DNA of 64,000 bases from the NCBI RefSeq assembly GCF_006345805.1, contig NC_042998.1, positions 71,672,001 to 71,736,000 on the forward strand, read 5' to 3'. The notes under the pieces are model-generated. The model searched no databases. It worked only from the letters and a program-made list of their open reading frames with translations, and had not been told where the DNA came from. Below are positions 47,801 to 61,800 of this stretch, piece after piece. The stretch is from Octopus sinensis. Lineage: Eukaryota. Position 1 is the stretch's first letter. Each line of letters opens with the position of its first letter. The translations under genes and the position numbers were made by a program.

Positions 47801-50800
47801 GCTGACCAGAGCAACATTTGTTCAAAAAGATCTTGTCATTACATGGGTGAGTATTTTGGTCGTGGTGGGCTCTGAGCTAATTGATTATGGGTGTAGAAAA
47901 AGGGAATCCGTGAATCCGTGGGCAATAAGAGAAAATTCTTATCTATCTGAGAAAGGACATACCTTGCATTATCTGTTAAGTCAGTGATGTACAATTCTTG
48001 ATGAAGTGACTTTAATCGTTTGGAATGCTTCTCACCTCGACTGGATAGTCACTATTCAGAATTACACTATATTGTCGACAATATCTGAGATGATTACCTG
48101 TTTTTGGTTAATTCCAGACAACTAACTATATGCCAAAGAACTTTCTTTCATTGCTGCACATCAAGAGAATAATTTTTCCAAACGTGACCGATGCGCAAAC
48201 ATTATTGCTTGGTACAACCTGCGAAGGGTACTTCTACCATGAAAGAAAAATATATTATTATCTATATTTCAAGTGCATTTTTGTGATAAACTGTTTAAAT
48301 GTTGTTTGCAACAGAAGGCTGGTTTGCAGAGCTATCATTTCGTTATATTTTGGTAACAGGCAGTCGACAGTAGCAAAAACATGGTGTTAAAACAGTAAGT
48401 AAATTCCGATTCCCGATGCCATCAGTTAAAAAAACCTTCAAATCTAGGCAATACAAATGGTCATATGCAAGAAACTAATCATTTAAGCGCTGATAATGAT
48501 GCCATAACATCGCATTTGTATTGCTATCAATATTACAACCATTATATTCACATTAACGTTGCGAAGAAAATTCATGGTTGATAAGTAGAACAGGTTTGGA
48601 TTCTGAACAATTTTATGGAAAAGGAAAAGCTTGCGGATTTTCTTGGAGTTGCAGTGAGTTAAAAAACAGCATTATCTCTAATTTTAAACTGAACAGATAT
48701 CAAGCGTATGGAAAGACTTCTCTCTTGATCGCTCAGCCATGTCTGCCATATAACTTGTTTGAAAACATGATACTTATCAAGCTTGAGACCCAAGCTGAAC
48801 GTTCCAGGATCAATTAGCAAACCAGACTTCTGACCTGACATATTCAAAAAAGCTAACATTTGAATCAGATTCAGTCTGTCGAGAAGAGGTTTTAGAAGGA
48901 ACAGTTAATAGTAGTCGTTTCGTTGATCAGTCTCTGTGAAATTGCGAGAAAGTAAAGAATGTACTAGTATTTTCTCTTCTGCACAGAACCTGCAGTATAT
49001 AACGCCAAACATTAGCGATCACCACCTGAATATTTTTTACAGATTACAAACAGCCTTGTGCACTTACATATCTTGTCAGTAGAACCCATAAAAAATCTGT
49101 AGTCTTTTGCAATGTACAATAAGTATGGTATAAATGACAATATCTATTTCATGTAATGGCAATTTGTTGAATATAAGTTTTGCTGCAAAAATTGAACATT
49201 TTGTTACGTTGAAGTAGTCTCCATTACTGTGTATTATATCTCTAGTATTGTATGTATAGCAGTAGCAGCTATATTTCAAGAACAATTAGTCAATAGGAGA
49301 GGAATATATGCGGCATAAGAAAAAAAACATTTCGAAAGTAACGATAATGATACAGCCACAATCGCCTCGCGTACAGGTGTGTAAAACGAAGTTATTAGTC
49401 GATATTATTCTATTTGCATGGTATGGATACAAAGAAAGACACATGTAATTATCTCAGAATATACAATACGTATTTCTTTGTGGTTGCACTCCTACAGTAT
49501 CTAAATGAATACAGTACAAGACTGTAACTAAAATGTCTTTCAATTAGCGGGTATTACCATGGCGTAATTGCGACAACAATTTTTTTTATTCTTGACATCT
49601 CGTAATTGTTTCGTCTATTTTGTTAGATCTTTTATATAGGTAATAATTAGTTACCATATTGATTTATGTCCCCGTTGTTTTTCTTTTCTATGCAATTCAC
49701 GAACATTAAATATACATAATAATCTTGCACAACAACAAATTGAAGCAGACGGAAATCATCTGATGCATGTCACAATATGCTTCAATGTATGATGCATTTA
49801 ATCTCTATCAAAGCAGACATAATCTAGATTATATTGTTACATATTCTATGTCATAAAATCTACACTCCCACATATACATGCTTAGATATAAATATATATT
49901 CATGCGTACATGCATATGGGCAGTGGGTGTGATTAGACCTATACACGTTGTTGACCAATTAGTTCGAGCCGAGAAACTTCCGTCTGAAACATTACTGTGA
50001 AGATCACCTGAATATTTCAATAGCAAGTTTAACGCTGACCATACTCAATATTTGTTTCAAATCTGGATTCACTACAGTAGGACCGCAACGCCTACAAAAC
50101 TGGCGAAGAACTCAGCATTGGAAAATATAAGCAATATCATATATTAGAATAATGTGTACTGTAAAGTACACTTGTACTAAACAATGATATATATAACAGA
50201 AAAAAATAACAGAACTGATGCATGGTGTGACACTTTAGATGGAATATAATATACTTGGAATCACTCTGAGCTGGACTAAACTATTTCGATGTAAGACAAT
50301 GCACCAGTTAGTATCTCACTGACTCTCCATATAATACATGTGCCCTATCCATACATGTAACATGATGGAGTACACTATGGTATATAAACACTTTAATGGA
50401 ATGCTTAAAGCAATGCCTCAAGAGAAGATTAATTTGTTCCTAACCAACGGCAGCAAGACAGGCCATGTTTCACTAGCAGCAAATCAAGAGTTAAATGAAG
50501 ATGATGCTGGCAGTGAATAACGATGTATAGAGGGAATATTTACGATATATTAACGAACCATAATTACACTAGATAAACACCAGTTAATCCTCCCTTTTCA
50601 GAATTGTCAAACCGTATATTAAAGATACCACAGAGGAATATCAGATGCAAAGCTATGAAAATTAGTCAATTGTTTGCAAAACCTGAAATACGATATTTGA
50701 ATTATGGAGGACTAGCAGCTGTTTGCAAAATTCATAAAAAGTAAACCAACATATTATTTATACGTCTCACTAACAGCAACTGGAAAGTTACGCGAAAAAT

Positions 50801-51498
50801 TTTGGGGATTACAAAAAGAGAAAAAAATTAGTAGTAACTAATGATATTCAAAAACGACTAAAGAGTTTCAGCAAGAAACTCAGCCATCAGCAGACTAATT
50901 CTGAACAAAAAAAAAAGAAAAGAAAAACTATACATGGTAATGTAAAATTTGTCTTAAAGACATGGAGAACAGTAAAGGTCACGACGTAGTTGAGGAAAGA
51001 TTTGAAAGGTGAAAAATGTTTAATATGAATATGTTAAACTCTACTTGCTTCAGCAGAAATCCAAAATTACCAAAAGTATATAGTCAATGGTGATAGTCTC
51101 GAGATGGGGCTATCTCAGAAAATGACTTGACATATTTTTCTACAGAAAAACCGTTTGTCAGCTAGTAATATTTACCATGGTATACCAGCAAGTTTATGTG
51201 TGAATATGAATATGAAATTTGGCTGAAATTAGTAAAAACACATTGAATAAGAAATAAGCCATTTAAACTGTGCACAACAAGGTACCCAGAATATTGCCAC
51301 AATCGTATGAATAAGTTAATATATTTTATATGTATCTACAACTCAGCAATCTTCTGATGATTAGATTATGACAGCCTAAAAAATATACTTTTAAGAAAAA
51401 AGCTGGTGCATAAATTCTTATCAGCAAAACGCAGATGTCAAACGTGCGACAGCCTATATTCTGTTACCACATTTCATGCAAGAAATGACGGGCGAGAG

Positions 51499-51540
<42 letters not shown>

Positions 51541-51544
<4 letters not shown>

Positions 51545-51745
51545 ACTCACAAGGCTTTGGTCTGTCCGAGGCTATAGTAGAAGGCACTTACCCAAATAAA
51601 ATATTGGTTTCAAATTATGGTGCAAGGTCAGCAATTTCGGGGGGAGGGATAAGTCGATGGCATTGAGTCAACTATCCACCTGCTACTTATCAACCTCGAA
51701 AGAATGAAAGGCAAAGTCAATCCCGGTGGAGTCAACCACAGCGTG
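51541..51745 (-). mobile_element. Fragments of family-B (51541-51595) and family-A (51620-51745) SINEs
   Basis: ATCCACTCACAAGGCTTTGGTC...CACTTACCCAA and GAAAGAATGAAAGGCAAAGTCAA. Confidence 0.7.
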
Positions 51746-54372
51746 TTTTAAATGAAGTATTTGATAAAGAACACAATGCCCCGCCAGCTTGAGAATCGAA
51801 ACCACGAGTTGCAACTGTGTCTGCAACACTCTGAAAAATAAGCTACGTGCCTTTATACAGAAGTGTCTTTCTGTGTGTGTGTGTGTGTGTGCGCGTGTGT
51901 GTTGGAAACGATGGGGCCTGTTTGATAGAATTTGTAGCCGTTCAAGATTCAAAATGATTATAATTCTGTCTTTTATGCGCAATATACTACAAAATATCAA
52001 CAAGTGCATGTGTGGGGAAAGTGGCTGGAAATTTATTTGCAATTAACAAGCATATATCTGCTAGTTTTCTCTAGACGCTTATGATAAAGGAATCCAGTAC
52101 ACAAAAGCATGATTCATTAAATGCAAGGCACAACCGTACAAATGTGACAAGGGTGCTAGAATATATGAATTCTATGAAATAATTCAGCGCAAATCAAATA
52201 TAGCAACAGATGAGATGGAATTGGTCGCATTTGACCGCATGTGAATCCTACACATTACTACAAATAAGGTAGTAGCTTCATCTAAATCACTTCATTAACA
52301 TTACTATAGCCAAAATCCTTACAGGTATATCCCTCGATTGATCCTATAACTTCCATCTTGATATTATCTGGGCTTCTACATCTTTCTAACTTACGCTAAC
52401 TTAATTAGTTCGTCTAATCTCAGTGCGACTGCACAAATCCGCTCAGCAGATTAGTATTACCCTTGGGTAATAACGATAGGTATGCATTGGGATTTCCTGC
52501 ATATATTTAATATATCAACATGTTAACTATAAATATTTCAGTTAAATGTGTGATACAATGTCCATTTGATACCATTAATCATCCTCTATTGTTATTTTCC
52601 CACTAGCATATAGTCTCAAGCTTGAACAATTCAAATAAATTTGACCCTTTAGATTGCCCCTGGATTTTATTTCCTGTACTCCGTTTCCATCATACCTTCT
52701 TTATTCATTTACTATTTGCTTTGCTTATTGATGAGACACTGAACTAAAGTTCACTGTCTCCATTCACAACGTATGTAATAGTGAAGATATCTTAACTCGT
52801 ATAATCGCTAATGCACTAAGCCTAACTCCGTGTGAATCAGTATAAATGCGCGAATATTGTCTCGCTGAATACATTTTGCTTGTAGTAAGTTCTAGTCATT
52901 GTGGCAAAAGAATATGGTTATAATCTGTTTTAGTTAATATTAACTTTCTACTATTATGTCATTACTTTGAAATTACTGTTCTGTGTTATATTGTATGCGT
53001 GTGTATTCATATATGTAAGATATGTGTATGCATTTATGTGAGACGTGTATTCACGCGTGTATATGTATGTGTTTGTACGAGCACATGAACATAGCTAATA
53101 CTCACGAATGTATGAACGTGCGTGCTAATGGGGTCGTGACTATTCACGTAACGGAAATATGTGTGCATCTGGTACTATGCCGATGTTCATGAAAATTCAC
53201 TGGCATCTCTCAAAGGTAGCAGTGCGTGACATTCCTACAACTCAAACTCCGGGTTCTGAATATTCTTTCATATCTTGTTTTGTTTTCTCTTTATCTTTCT
53301 CTTCTCCCTGATCATTTGTCATTTCAGTATTTATTTATTTATTTATTTATTCTAATATTCCTCTGAATTAAAGATCAACCATTATATCATTCTAACTATA
53401 TTTTCCTTCGAAGCAAATTTCTAGATAAACCTATCTCATTATTTATATTTATATTTTTCTGAATACTTTGATTTTTTTAGATATGTTTTTTTTTTAGTTA
53501 GATAATCTGTATAAAGGATTAGTGAGAAGTAATGTTTATTGCCATTTAAACGTGGCTGTTCCGGATGACCGATCTTACTGCTATTTTTAACCCCACAAGG
53601 ACGGCTTCTCCAGCTGGTTATGCGATGTAATCTGCACCCGATAAATATTGCAAGTAAGCCCCTACCATCCTCCAGCCATGAGACCACCTGGTCGTGCCGA
53701 TTCGACCTCCATGTGTTCATCCTCGGTGGTGAATATAGAGATAGCATTAGTTCACGCCAGCTGGCAATATACAAAAATCAAGTGAAACCCAGTCACCGAA
53801 CTTGCAAGAAGCAAAGTAGCTACAGATAAATTCACTTTAAGGGATGAAAACAGCAACTATACTAAGAAGTAATGTTCATTGCCAGCAAAACATCGCTGTT
53901 CCGTAGCAATCAACGTTACTGTATATTTAACCTCAGGAGGACGCCTCTTCCAACTGGTTATTCGATGCATATTGCAAGCAAGCGAGGGAACCCCTACCAA
54001 CTTCCATATTTTACTTTAGTATATTTATCTAATGAATCTTTCTCTGAAATTGTATTGGCCTGTGACCATTACTCTCTTAAGTGCGTCTGTTGTGTCAGCT
54101 TATATACACACATATAGCGTCAGCAACAAACTGTAGTAGAGCTGATATTTTTAGATACAATGAATCGAAATGACCAATTGTCTGTTACTTCCCTTCTCAT
54201 AGCCATTGTATACGTGGGCATTCACATGCATATATTTTATATGTAGACTTTATATGCGTGTTAATGTCGATACAAAATCTATTACATAAAGAACAAGATT
54301 ATAAAACAGCTGTAAGCTAATAGAATACAAAACTACGCACTAAACTCATTTCTCTTATCTCCCTCTGTATAT

Positions 54373-54422
<50 letters not shown>

Positions 54423-54423
54423 A

Positions 54424-54455
<32 letters not shown>

Positions 54456-54899
54456 GTTTAAACACACACATATTGTTTACTGCTTCGTTAAATTAAGATC
54501 AACAAATACGTACTCTATCCAGTGAGTAAGAAATATATATTAGTATGCATTGTATAAAGATACGAGCTATTAATGGTTTCTTGCATTATTGCTGTGAAGA
54601 CGCGTGTCTACGTAGGGTTTTATAACACGCTTTGTGTCTCTAAGCAATCCTCATCATATGTGCAATTGATATGCTTTGTCTGAAATTCACGATGCCGATA
54701 CATGAGAAATCGTGAAGTGAAAACCAGAAGGGTGATTCAAAAAGTGAGTATGAATAAAAATGGAAAAAGAAAAGTAGAGAAACAAAACAATAGAGTTACA
54801 TACTCTATGACAGTAGAGGTCCTAAATACACTAATTGATGTAGAATAATTTACGGGAAAGGTGGGTTTGAAATACAGTGAGAAAGCTTTCCTGTCAGGT

Positions 54900-55430
54900 G
54901 AGAGTGATGTCGTCTAGTTCGTCAGAAACAATGATCCACATGCTTGCATTTGCTCAAAATCTCGGATCAGGGATTAAGTAGTGCCATACTTTTGTACTTT
55001 TTTAATGACTTCAGCAAAAGGCTGGGCCCATGCTGGAGCGTCCCCTTTCAGTGTTTTCGGATATCTTTTCTGTACTGGTCTGGTTGAAGAAGCGAGTTGT
55101 ACAGAACTGGAATTCTCAAATGTAATAAGAATGAGCAATATTCCACCTAAGCACAAGTTGCATTTCTTAGATCTATTTGCACATGGCACGTATTTCCCTA
55201 AGATTTTCCCCTTGAGTATATGTGGTCTTCAGTTGGTCTTCAAACCACATACATAGCTAACCAAATTCGTGGTTTACTTTTGTTGATGTGCCGAAAAGAA
55301 AATATATGCTTTACATAAGGACTTTTGAATTCAACTTCGTATAAACCGATGTAATGTTTCCTTTCACTTAGGTGATCATGAAGCGCGGCTGTGAATTCTT
55401 CCTCATGGACGACAGAGTTTAACATACGCA
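54900..55430 (-). mobile_element. Penelope-like element 3' fragment (GIY-YIG endonuclease remnant)
   Basis: Minus strand KHYIGLYEVEFKSPYVKHIFSFRH resembles YIGLTExxFKxRYxxHxxSF, then YVPCANRSKKCNLCL resembles PYxxxSKRCNLCL. A CTGACGA core remnant lies at 54919-54925, just past the end of the coding remnant. Confidence 0.7.
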
Positions 55431-55727
55431 CCTGGCCAAATGGACAAGAACATTGTCATTAGCGGTCGAAGAAGGCGAAACTCTGTCTTTCTTTTCTTTT
55501 TCGTTTTTACTCACCCTCGTGCTTTTTGCATTAATCATCTTCTTGAATTTGTCCACATGATTTCTTTAAAAAAAACATCTAGATTTTCAAATAAAATAGA
55601 CCATGCATTCAGCGTCTGAGAAGCGCGTGGAAACACCGAGTGTGTTATAAAAGTCCCCCTAGACAAAAACTTCACAGCAAGGAACTCGTATCTACATAAA
55701 ATTATACATACATACATGCATACATAC

Positions 55728-55932
<205 letters not shown>

Positions 55933-56079
55933 ACAAAGATTGTCTAACATAATTATAATAAAGGTTTGACTTGCAGTCACTACGCACTGAAAAATAGACG
56001 CCAAAAGACACTATTACCACCATAAATTCTCCGAGAACACCACACCATATAAAAGAAAGAAAATGAATTAAAGCTTTTG

Positions 56080-58510
56080 AGGTCTAAAGTCAACTCCTTC
56101 CTCCAAAAATACAACTCCGGAAACACTAGTGATGGGTGATTTTAACCTCTCTCAGATAAACTGGCCCACAATTATTCTGAGGTTAAGCAAATGTTCTACA
56201 TCAGAAAATGCAGCAGCAGAATTACTCTTTAATCTAATTGATAATTTTTTCCTGACTCAGCTGCTACTCGAACCAAGACAGAATAAAACAATCTTGGATC
56301 TAATATTAACCAACCACTCTAGCTCCGTTCACTGTATTTCAGTGGAATAAATTCTCCTCTCAGTCAACGAAATGATACTCTGCAATTTTAATTCCTGGCA
56401 TATCAAAACCAAACCAGCCAATCCCACTCCACTGCACTTATTTGATAACATAAACGGCCACTCTCTGTTCCACTCACATTGAGACTGCATGGCAGCACTT
56501 TGAGAACAGTGTCACCTATACATGCTCAAAACACGCTCCTAGGAAATCCACTAACAGAAAAGAAACCGGTTCCCTAGAAAGAAACAAAACACTCACCAGA
56601 CGCATCAAAAGACTCAATAAAAAAAATCAACCAATTAAAATAATCCCTCTTACAACATCCACATTCAACAACAATGAAAAGTCTAGAGTTGTAAAACTTC
56701 GTCTGCAGACCGACATGAAAACCTCCATTGAAAATGAAAGCGCTGCAGAGGAACAGTGGGTAATAAAAAAAAATCAAACAGAACCCAATATGTTCTATTC
56801 TTACGCAGATAAGCATAGAACCGATGTTTCACCCATTGGGCCATTGATCAATGATAACGGCATTCTCCAACACGATGCTAAAGAAATGACGGAAATACTG
56901 CAGAAACAGTACTGTTCTGTCTTTAATGATCCCACTGATATTGACGTAAGAAAAGCGAACGAAGTTGATTCCCATCATAAAATCTTTGACATAACTTTCA
57001 CTGCCTCAGACATCATAGCAGCAATAAACGAGGTCAAATTATTCTGCCGTAGGCCCTGATAGATTCCCAGCTAGTCTCCTGAAGGAATGTAGACATCAAC
57101 TTGCAGTCCCTCTGACCTCCCTCTGGAGAAATTCTTTAGACCCATTTAATATACCGAAACAGCTCCTATCCCAGTCTGTCAGCCCGGTTTTCAAACAGGG
57201 AAACAGATCCCTTGCAGTCAACTACCGCCCAATCTCACTCACCTGCCACATCACTAAAGTGTTTGAAAGAGTGGTCAGATCAAGAATAGCTGGCTTCCTG
57301 GAGATCCACAAACTCTTAAATGCAAATAAGCATGGCTTCCGCTGTGGCAGGGACTGTCTAACACAGCTCTTACACCACATTGAGTATATGCTGAAAGCCT
57401 TGGGAACAGGTTCGAAATATGATGTCATATATTTTGATTTCAGTAAAGCGTTCAACGGGGTTGACCATTGGCAAATGTTGGAATCCGTGAAAACTTTTAT
57501 ACTGGATAGATTACTTCCTGGAAAATAGAACATAACATGTTGTAGTCGATAAAGTCCACCCAAGTCCAGCAAAAGTCACCAGTGGGTGTCACTCAGGGGA
57601 CCGTCTTGGACCCACTCCTCTTTATAATCTACATAAACAACCTTTCCAGCGTCGTAAAACATTCCAAAGTGAAAATATTTGCTGATGACACTAAGCACCA
57701 GCAAATCATCAATGAAGAAGACCGAACTCAACTCCAGTCTGATATATATTCAGTGAGTCAATGGACAGACAAAAACAAAATGCAACTAAACGAGAGAAAA
57801 TTTGAGCTTTTGGGCTTTGGAAAAAATACTATACTAAAACAGCCCTACTCATTCAGGGGAACCGCTCACAGCATCTAATAATATTAGAGACCTAAGAATA
57901 ATTGTTGATAACAATCTCCGTTAAAGTGCCAACATCAACAATAACGTCAATATAGCTCGTTGGATGAGCTGCTGTATATTAAGAACCTTCTGGTCAAGAG
58001 AACACTCTTCTCCTCCTTTGTACGGCCACATCTCGAATACTGCTGCCCCCTGTGGTCTCCCCTTACAAAACAAAACATCTCGAAAATTAAATCACCCCAG
58101 AGGGCATTCACTAAACGAATTAAGGTCATGACATAACTCGATTACTGGGACCACCTTAAAGACTTGAAACTCTACTACCTCCAGCCCCGCCGTTGGCGTT
58201 ACATTATTTGCACGACGTGTAGAATATACCGCCATCATTATCCAAACGACCAGGACATTAGCTACAAGGTTCATCCAAGGCTGGGACCACGGGCCATACG
58301 TCCCCTGCCCAATTCAGGATCAAAATATATAGGTACACTGCAACACAATTTCTTTTCTTCAACAGGCCTTGCCCAGTTTAACAATGACCCAAAATTGATC
58401 AAAGGGGAAAAAGGATCCTATTACCTTTAAACGGAATCTGGACGAATTTCATCAAAACCAGATATACCACCTGAGTGGTAAGTGGTGAAGCAATTTTGCT
58501 AAACCCTAAG
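56080..58510 (+). mobile_element. Second CR1-clade LINE, 5'-truncated and decayed; same lineage as 9236-13688
   Basis: MGDFNL, ILDLIL, SPIGPLINDNGILQHDAKEMTEILQKQYCSVF, NYRPISLT, HGFRCGRDCLTQLLHH, DFSKAF, GVTQGTVLDPLLFIIYIN, KIFADD, RPHLEY and HPRLGPRAIRP, with many stops and frameshifts. Confidence 0.88.
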
Positions 58511-58654
58511 TATAATTATGTTTATAATAATAACAATTTTTGTAGACATTTACCCATAATGGTTGTTTTAACATACCGAAATACTTGATAAGACTATTAA
58601 TTATAAATTCATGAAATAATTTTACCCCTTTATCATTATTGATAATTTATATAT

Positions 58655-58718
58655 GCATGTATGTATGTATGTATGTATGTATGTATGTATGTATGTATGT
58701 ATGTATGTATGTATGTAT
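58655..58718. repeat. (TATG)n microsatellite
   Basis: Direct reading of the sequence. Confidence 0.95.
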
Positions 58719-58779
58719 GGCCACAGACTCAAACCTGAAACGTCTAAAAGAATAAAAGGATAAAAGAATAATATAACAT

Positions 58780-58812
<33 letters not shown>

Positions 58813-61800
58813 GTATACCCTCACATGCAAACACCCATACACAAGCACAAACACACACACACACACATATATATGTATAATATTTAGCAGAAGCAAATGA
58901 GTGACAGAGAGTCCGAGAGTTTCGGACGTAAGGATGTAGCAAACCGATATATATATACACACATATGTGTCTCTTTGTATGTTTGTGTGTTTGTGTGTGA
59001 GTCTGTGTGTTTCTCTGTGCGCGTGTGCGCGTATGTGTGTGTATGGATATATATGTATACTGCCAAAGATTCAAAACAATAATTATTGAGATTATTTGAT
59101 TAATAATATTGCATTTGGTGCTAATTATTTTAATATGATAGTCTACCTGTTTATTGAGTACACTTTAGTTGCATGTTAGTCTTCGTAGTTAATTCAATAA
59201 ATCAACACCTGCATGCATTGCTTATTGATGTTCATAATTCATATCTATTATCATATAGTAGCATTTAGCCTATCTACTTCATACATGCTGCTGAAATTTA
59301 CTTCACTTTTTAAATTCCAGGAAATTACTTTCCATAGACAAATATTCTTTAATTTACACTTTTTTTATTGGTAATATATGTCAGTTCTGTGAAACACTGT
59401 AGAATGTCATCCTGTTGAATGTGTCCATTATTCTCGGAATTCTTTGAAATCATACCATAAACCTGGGATATTAGAATATAAAAACACATATTGCATGTTT
59501 ATTTCATTTTTCATATAAATGTTTTAATCTGATTGCATTTTGTTTCCTGAGAAAATCGAATGTAGCAATGATGTGAAAGGAAACGTATATAGTGTCTTGC
59601 AGTCGAAATATTGGTTGTAATATTGTAAATGTCCAATATATTATCGAGGTTATTGTGTGGATTATTGAAATCAATAGAATTTTATTGTCACATTTTAGAT
59701 ATTTACTTTGAATGTAGATATATCTTTCATCACAACTTTTGCAATAAAAAAAAGGAAGGATTTTGTGATTTTATCTATCTTTCTAAAAATAACATCAAAT
59801 GTATAAGCAAAGTTTTGAATAGCGCTCCCACCGCTTCTCTTACGGAAAATTTCCATTTCCGTACATTTTTCAAAGTAATTGCATACTGACTTTATGTTAA
59901 ATTAATGAAATAATTATATATAACTCTGTACAATTTAGGACTTGTCTAACTCAGCTCAAATATAATGGCTGCAGTGTTGGGGAAAATGCTATAATTTGAA
60001 ACCTGATGAATATTTATCACCGTATATTTAACAGAGTATAACGTATACACTTTGAACATTTACAGGTGACCTTGTTCAGTAATATAAAAGAAGTGACTTG
60101 GGACTCATTGCTTGCAATGTGTGTTATCTATGCCTCTGTAATTATATGCAGAATATCGAGTACTATCTTGTAGCGCTGAACAAACAAAATATAAGTATCT
60201 TTACTCTTCTTGAAGAGAATATAAGTATATAAATTCATACTTCTAAAATAATAATTTAAAACAAAATCGAACAAAAACATTGTTGGTTACAGTAAAATTA
60301 ATAAATAGAAATAAATTTAGCAATAAAAATAATCAACATTATCTGACTTCAGTTTTGGATGCGTTTCCTTGCCTTTCAAGTACATGTTACAGTGCATTTT
60401 ATGTGTATAGGAGAGTAGTTACGTGTAATGTCTTTGCTGAAGTGTTATTTTATTATCTCCATTGTCACAGTAGAATTATTTCACCACATTGCTGCATTGT
60501 TCATTGCAATCTTTGTAGTAAAATAAACATATTGCACTTTTCAAAGACGATTATCTAGAATATGCGTTGTGTCAGCGCCAATTTTGTTGCTGATGGTGCG
60601 GAAAGTGTACTTCGCGAGTTTTCAATTGGGAATTGAAATGTAAGCGCCTGTCTTTTCATATATTGGGCGTTGAGTTTAATTGATTTACATACGTTGGTTT
60701 CTGTGTGCAGTTGTAAGATATATACTCTTTCTTTAATGCTTTTCTAAATCATATACTATTCTATTTGATATTGATAACGTTCTTTTCCTCATTGTTAAAA
60801 ATTTATTTCGTTCCATTTCAATACCCTTATACAAGGATAAATTTTAACGTATTTTTGTGCGATGATATAGTCGTCAAAATGAATATATATCTAGATTTCA
60901 TGCATTTTAATTTTCCCTATGACTATGTTTTTGGGATTTAATTTGATCCCCTTTGGCGGTCTAGATAAATGTAAACCAAATTACTATATCTGGTTTTCAT
61001 ATTTCAAGTTTGATAAGTGCTAATTATGTTTATTTTCGGTTTTCAGACATAGGTTTAAGCATTTTCCTCCGTCTATCCCGTTTAGTGTGTCTACTTATAA
61101 AACCTTTGCCCGTATTGGGTACCCGTAACGATGGAGTAGTGAATTAATTGCTTTACTGATTGTAAAATATTTGTCTCACTTTTCGATATTTCTACGCTAT
61201 TTGGTGATAATCATTGCTATTGCACCACTAATATCAATGTCTCCGGTTGTCATTTAGTCGAAACGTTTTAGTCATTGATGCGCTGAATAATACTCCATAT
61301 TGCTTGTATTTGATAAAGCAAAATGTTTACCTTTCATTTGTTGTTTATTACCTCTTCAAATTCAATTTCAATTTACATCTCTTTCTGAGACTTACGTTCT
61401 TCGTACAGTTTTGTTACCACGGAAATTTGGAGCATAGATAGTTTCGAGATTACACTGCATTTTTTTAGTTATAAGTGAAAATGTTTTTATTCTTGTTTCC
61501 TTTCTATGGTAATTGGTTTCCAAATTATTCTTTCTAGTTATTTTTCCAGACTGTTGTTCGTTTGTAATTTGTGTTAGGCATCGACTTGTATTAATATGGT
61601 GCCAAAAAATTCTAATTCTATGAAAGTTAAAGAGATGGGTTCAGATCATAATAGTATATTCTTGCTTTCTTATCCCAGCTCGTCAATTGAATTAACGTCC
61701 AATATAATTTGTTTTTGCTGTAAATTACCATTTGATTGCTAGAAAAATTATACCTATTAACTCATTGTTCAGTTTGAGTGAATTGTTTGTTTTTACATTC

